The translations under genes were made by a program, and so were the position numbers. The notes below the pieces were generated by a model that did not search any database, had not been told where the DNA came from, and saw only the letters and a program-made list of their open reading frames with translations. A DNA stretch of 43,161 nucleotides from an uncultured Candidatus Saccharibacteria bacterium (lineage in GTDB: Bacteria > Patescibacteriota > Minisyncoccia > Phycocordibacterales > GWA1-40-21). Positions 43,023 to 43,161 of the stretch are shown piece after piece (the first letter of the stretch is position 1; each line of letters begins with the position of its first letter). The DNA is taken from the NCBI GenBank assembly GCA_964613715.1, contig CAZTJK010000005.1, positions 1 through 43,161 of the forward strand, given 5' to 3'.

Positions 43023-43160
43023 TTAGTCTTCGCTCGCAAGGTCTATCACTTTCGCGAGTTCGTCGAGCGTGCTCACCCCGCGAAGTACTTTCAGTACTCC
43101 ATCCTGCCGCATGTCAAGAATATTCTGCGATAGTGCGGCTTTTTTAATATCGCGATCGCT
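43023..43160 (-). CDS. C-terminus of a PilB/GspE-type secretion/type IV pilus ATPase (truncated by window edge; not in ORF track)
   Basis: Minus frame reads SDRDIKKAALSQNILDMRQDGVLKVLRGVSTLDELAKVIDLASED*, the typical M..DG..KV..G.T...E...V end of PilB/GspE. Confidence 0.8.
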   Translation of the reverse strand, partial: SDRDIKKAALSQNILDMRQDGVLKVLRGVSTLDELAKVIDLASED

Positions 43161-43161
43161 C

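Noticed and set aside
1-43161. CRISPR array, tRNA or rRNA genes
   Set aside because: No regularly spaced direct repeats, cloverleaf with T-loop GTTCGA plus CCA, or rRNA signature found by eye
1-43161. Alternative genetic code 25 (TGA=Gly) as in Gracilibacteria/Absconditabacteria
   Set aside because: pnp, dnaA, ruvC, yebC and jag end at TGA at their expected C-termini, and genes are full length under code 11

Overview
Origin-proximal chromosomal segment of a Patescibacteria (CPR) bacterium, most likely Parcubacteria/OD1, using standard code 11 (TGA ends pnp, dnaA, yebC). It holds the jag-yidC-rnpA-rpmH / dnaA-oriC-dnaN origin block and housekeeping genes (yraN, xth, Xer-type recombinase, rpsO, NYN, pnp, DksA/TraR, yifB/comM, LysM-M23, pcrA, rsmA, PBP1A, tyrS, ruvC, yebC, ruvB, end of a PilB/GspE ATPase). 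A ~15 kb apparently domesticated T4SS-like/surface-protein cluster (16385-31235) sits beside the origin: PG-binding and TSP-repeat proteins, VirB6-like, PrgI, VirB4-like ATPase, a VirB2-like pilin fused to an M15-like peptidase domain, and a beta-propeller. No relaxase or coupling protein is seen. Signals the ORF track does not explain: (1) two stand-alone, promoter- and terminator-bounded, heavily base-paired noncoding RNA candidates of ~270 nt (566-299, minus) and ~295 nt (42717-43013, plus) that I cannot match to known RNA classes; (2) three parS-like palindromes embedded in the yraN coding sequence; (3) a two-tier expression layout, with core genes apparently leaderless (extended -10 box 6-8 nt before ATG) and small accessory genes carrying -35/-10 plus Shine-Dalgarno leaders; (4) DnaA-box-like motifs at T4SS and cell-wall gene promoters. 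No tools were run; family assignments rest on motif recognition. Start codons were adjusted from the ORF track where promoter or RBS evidence supports it.
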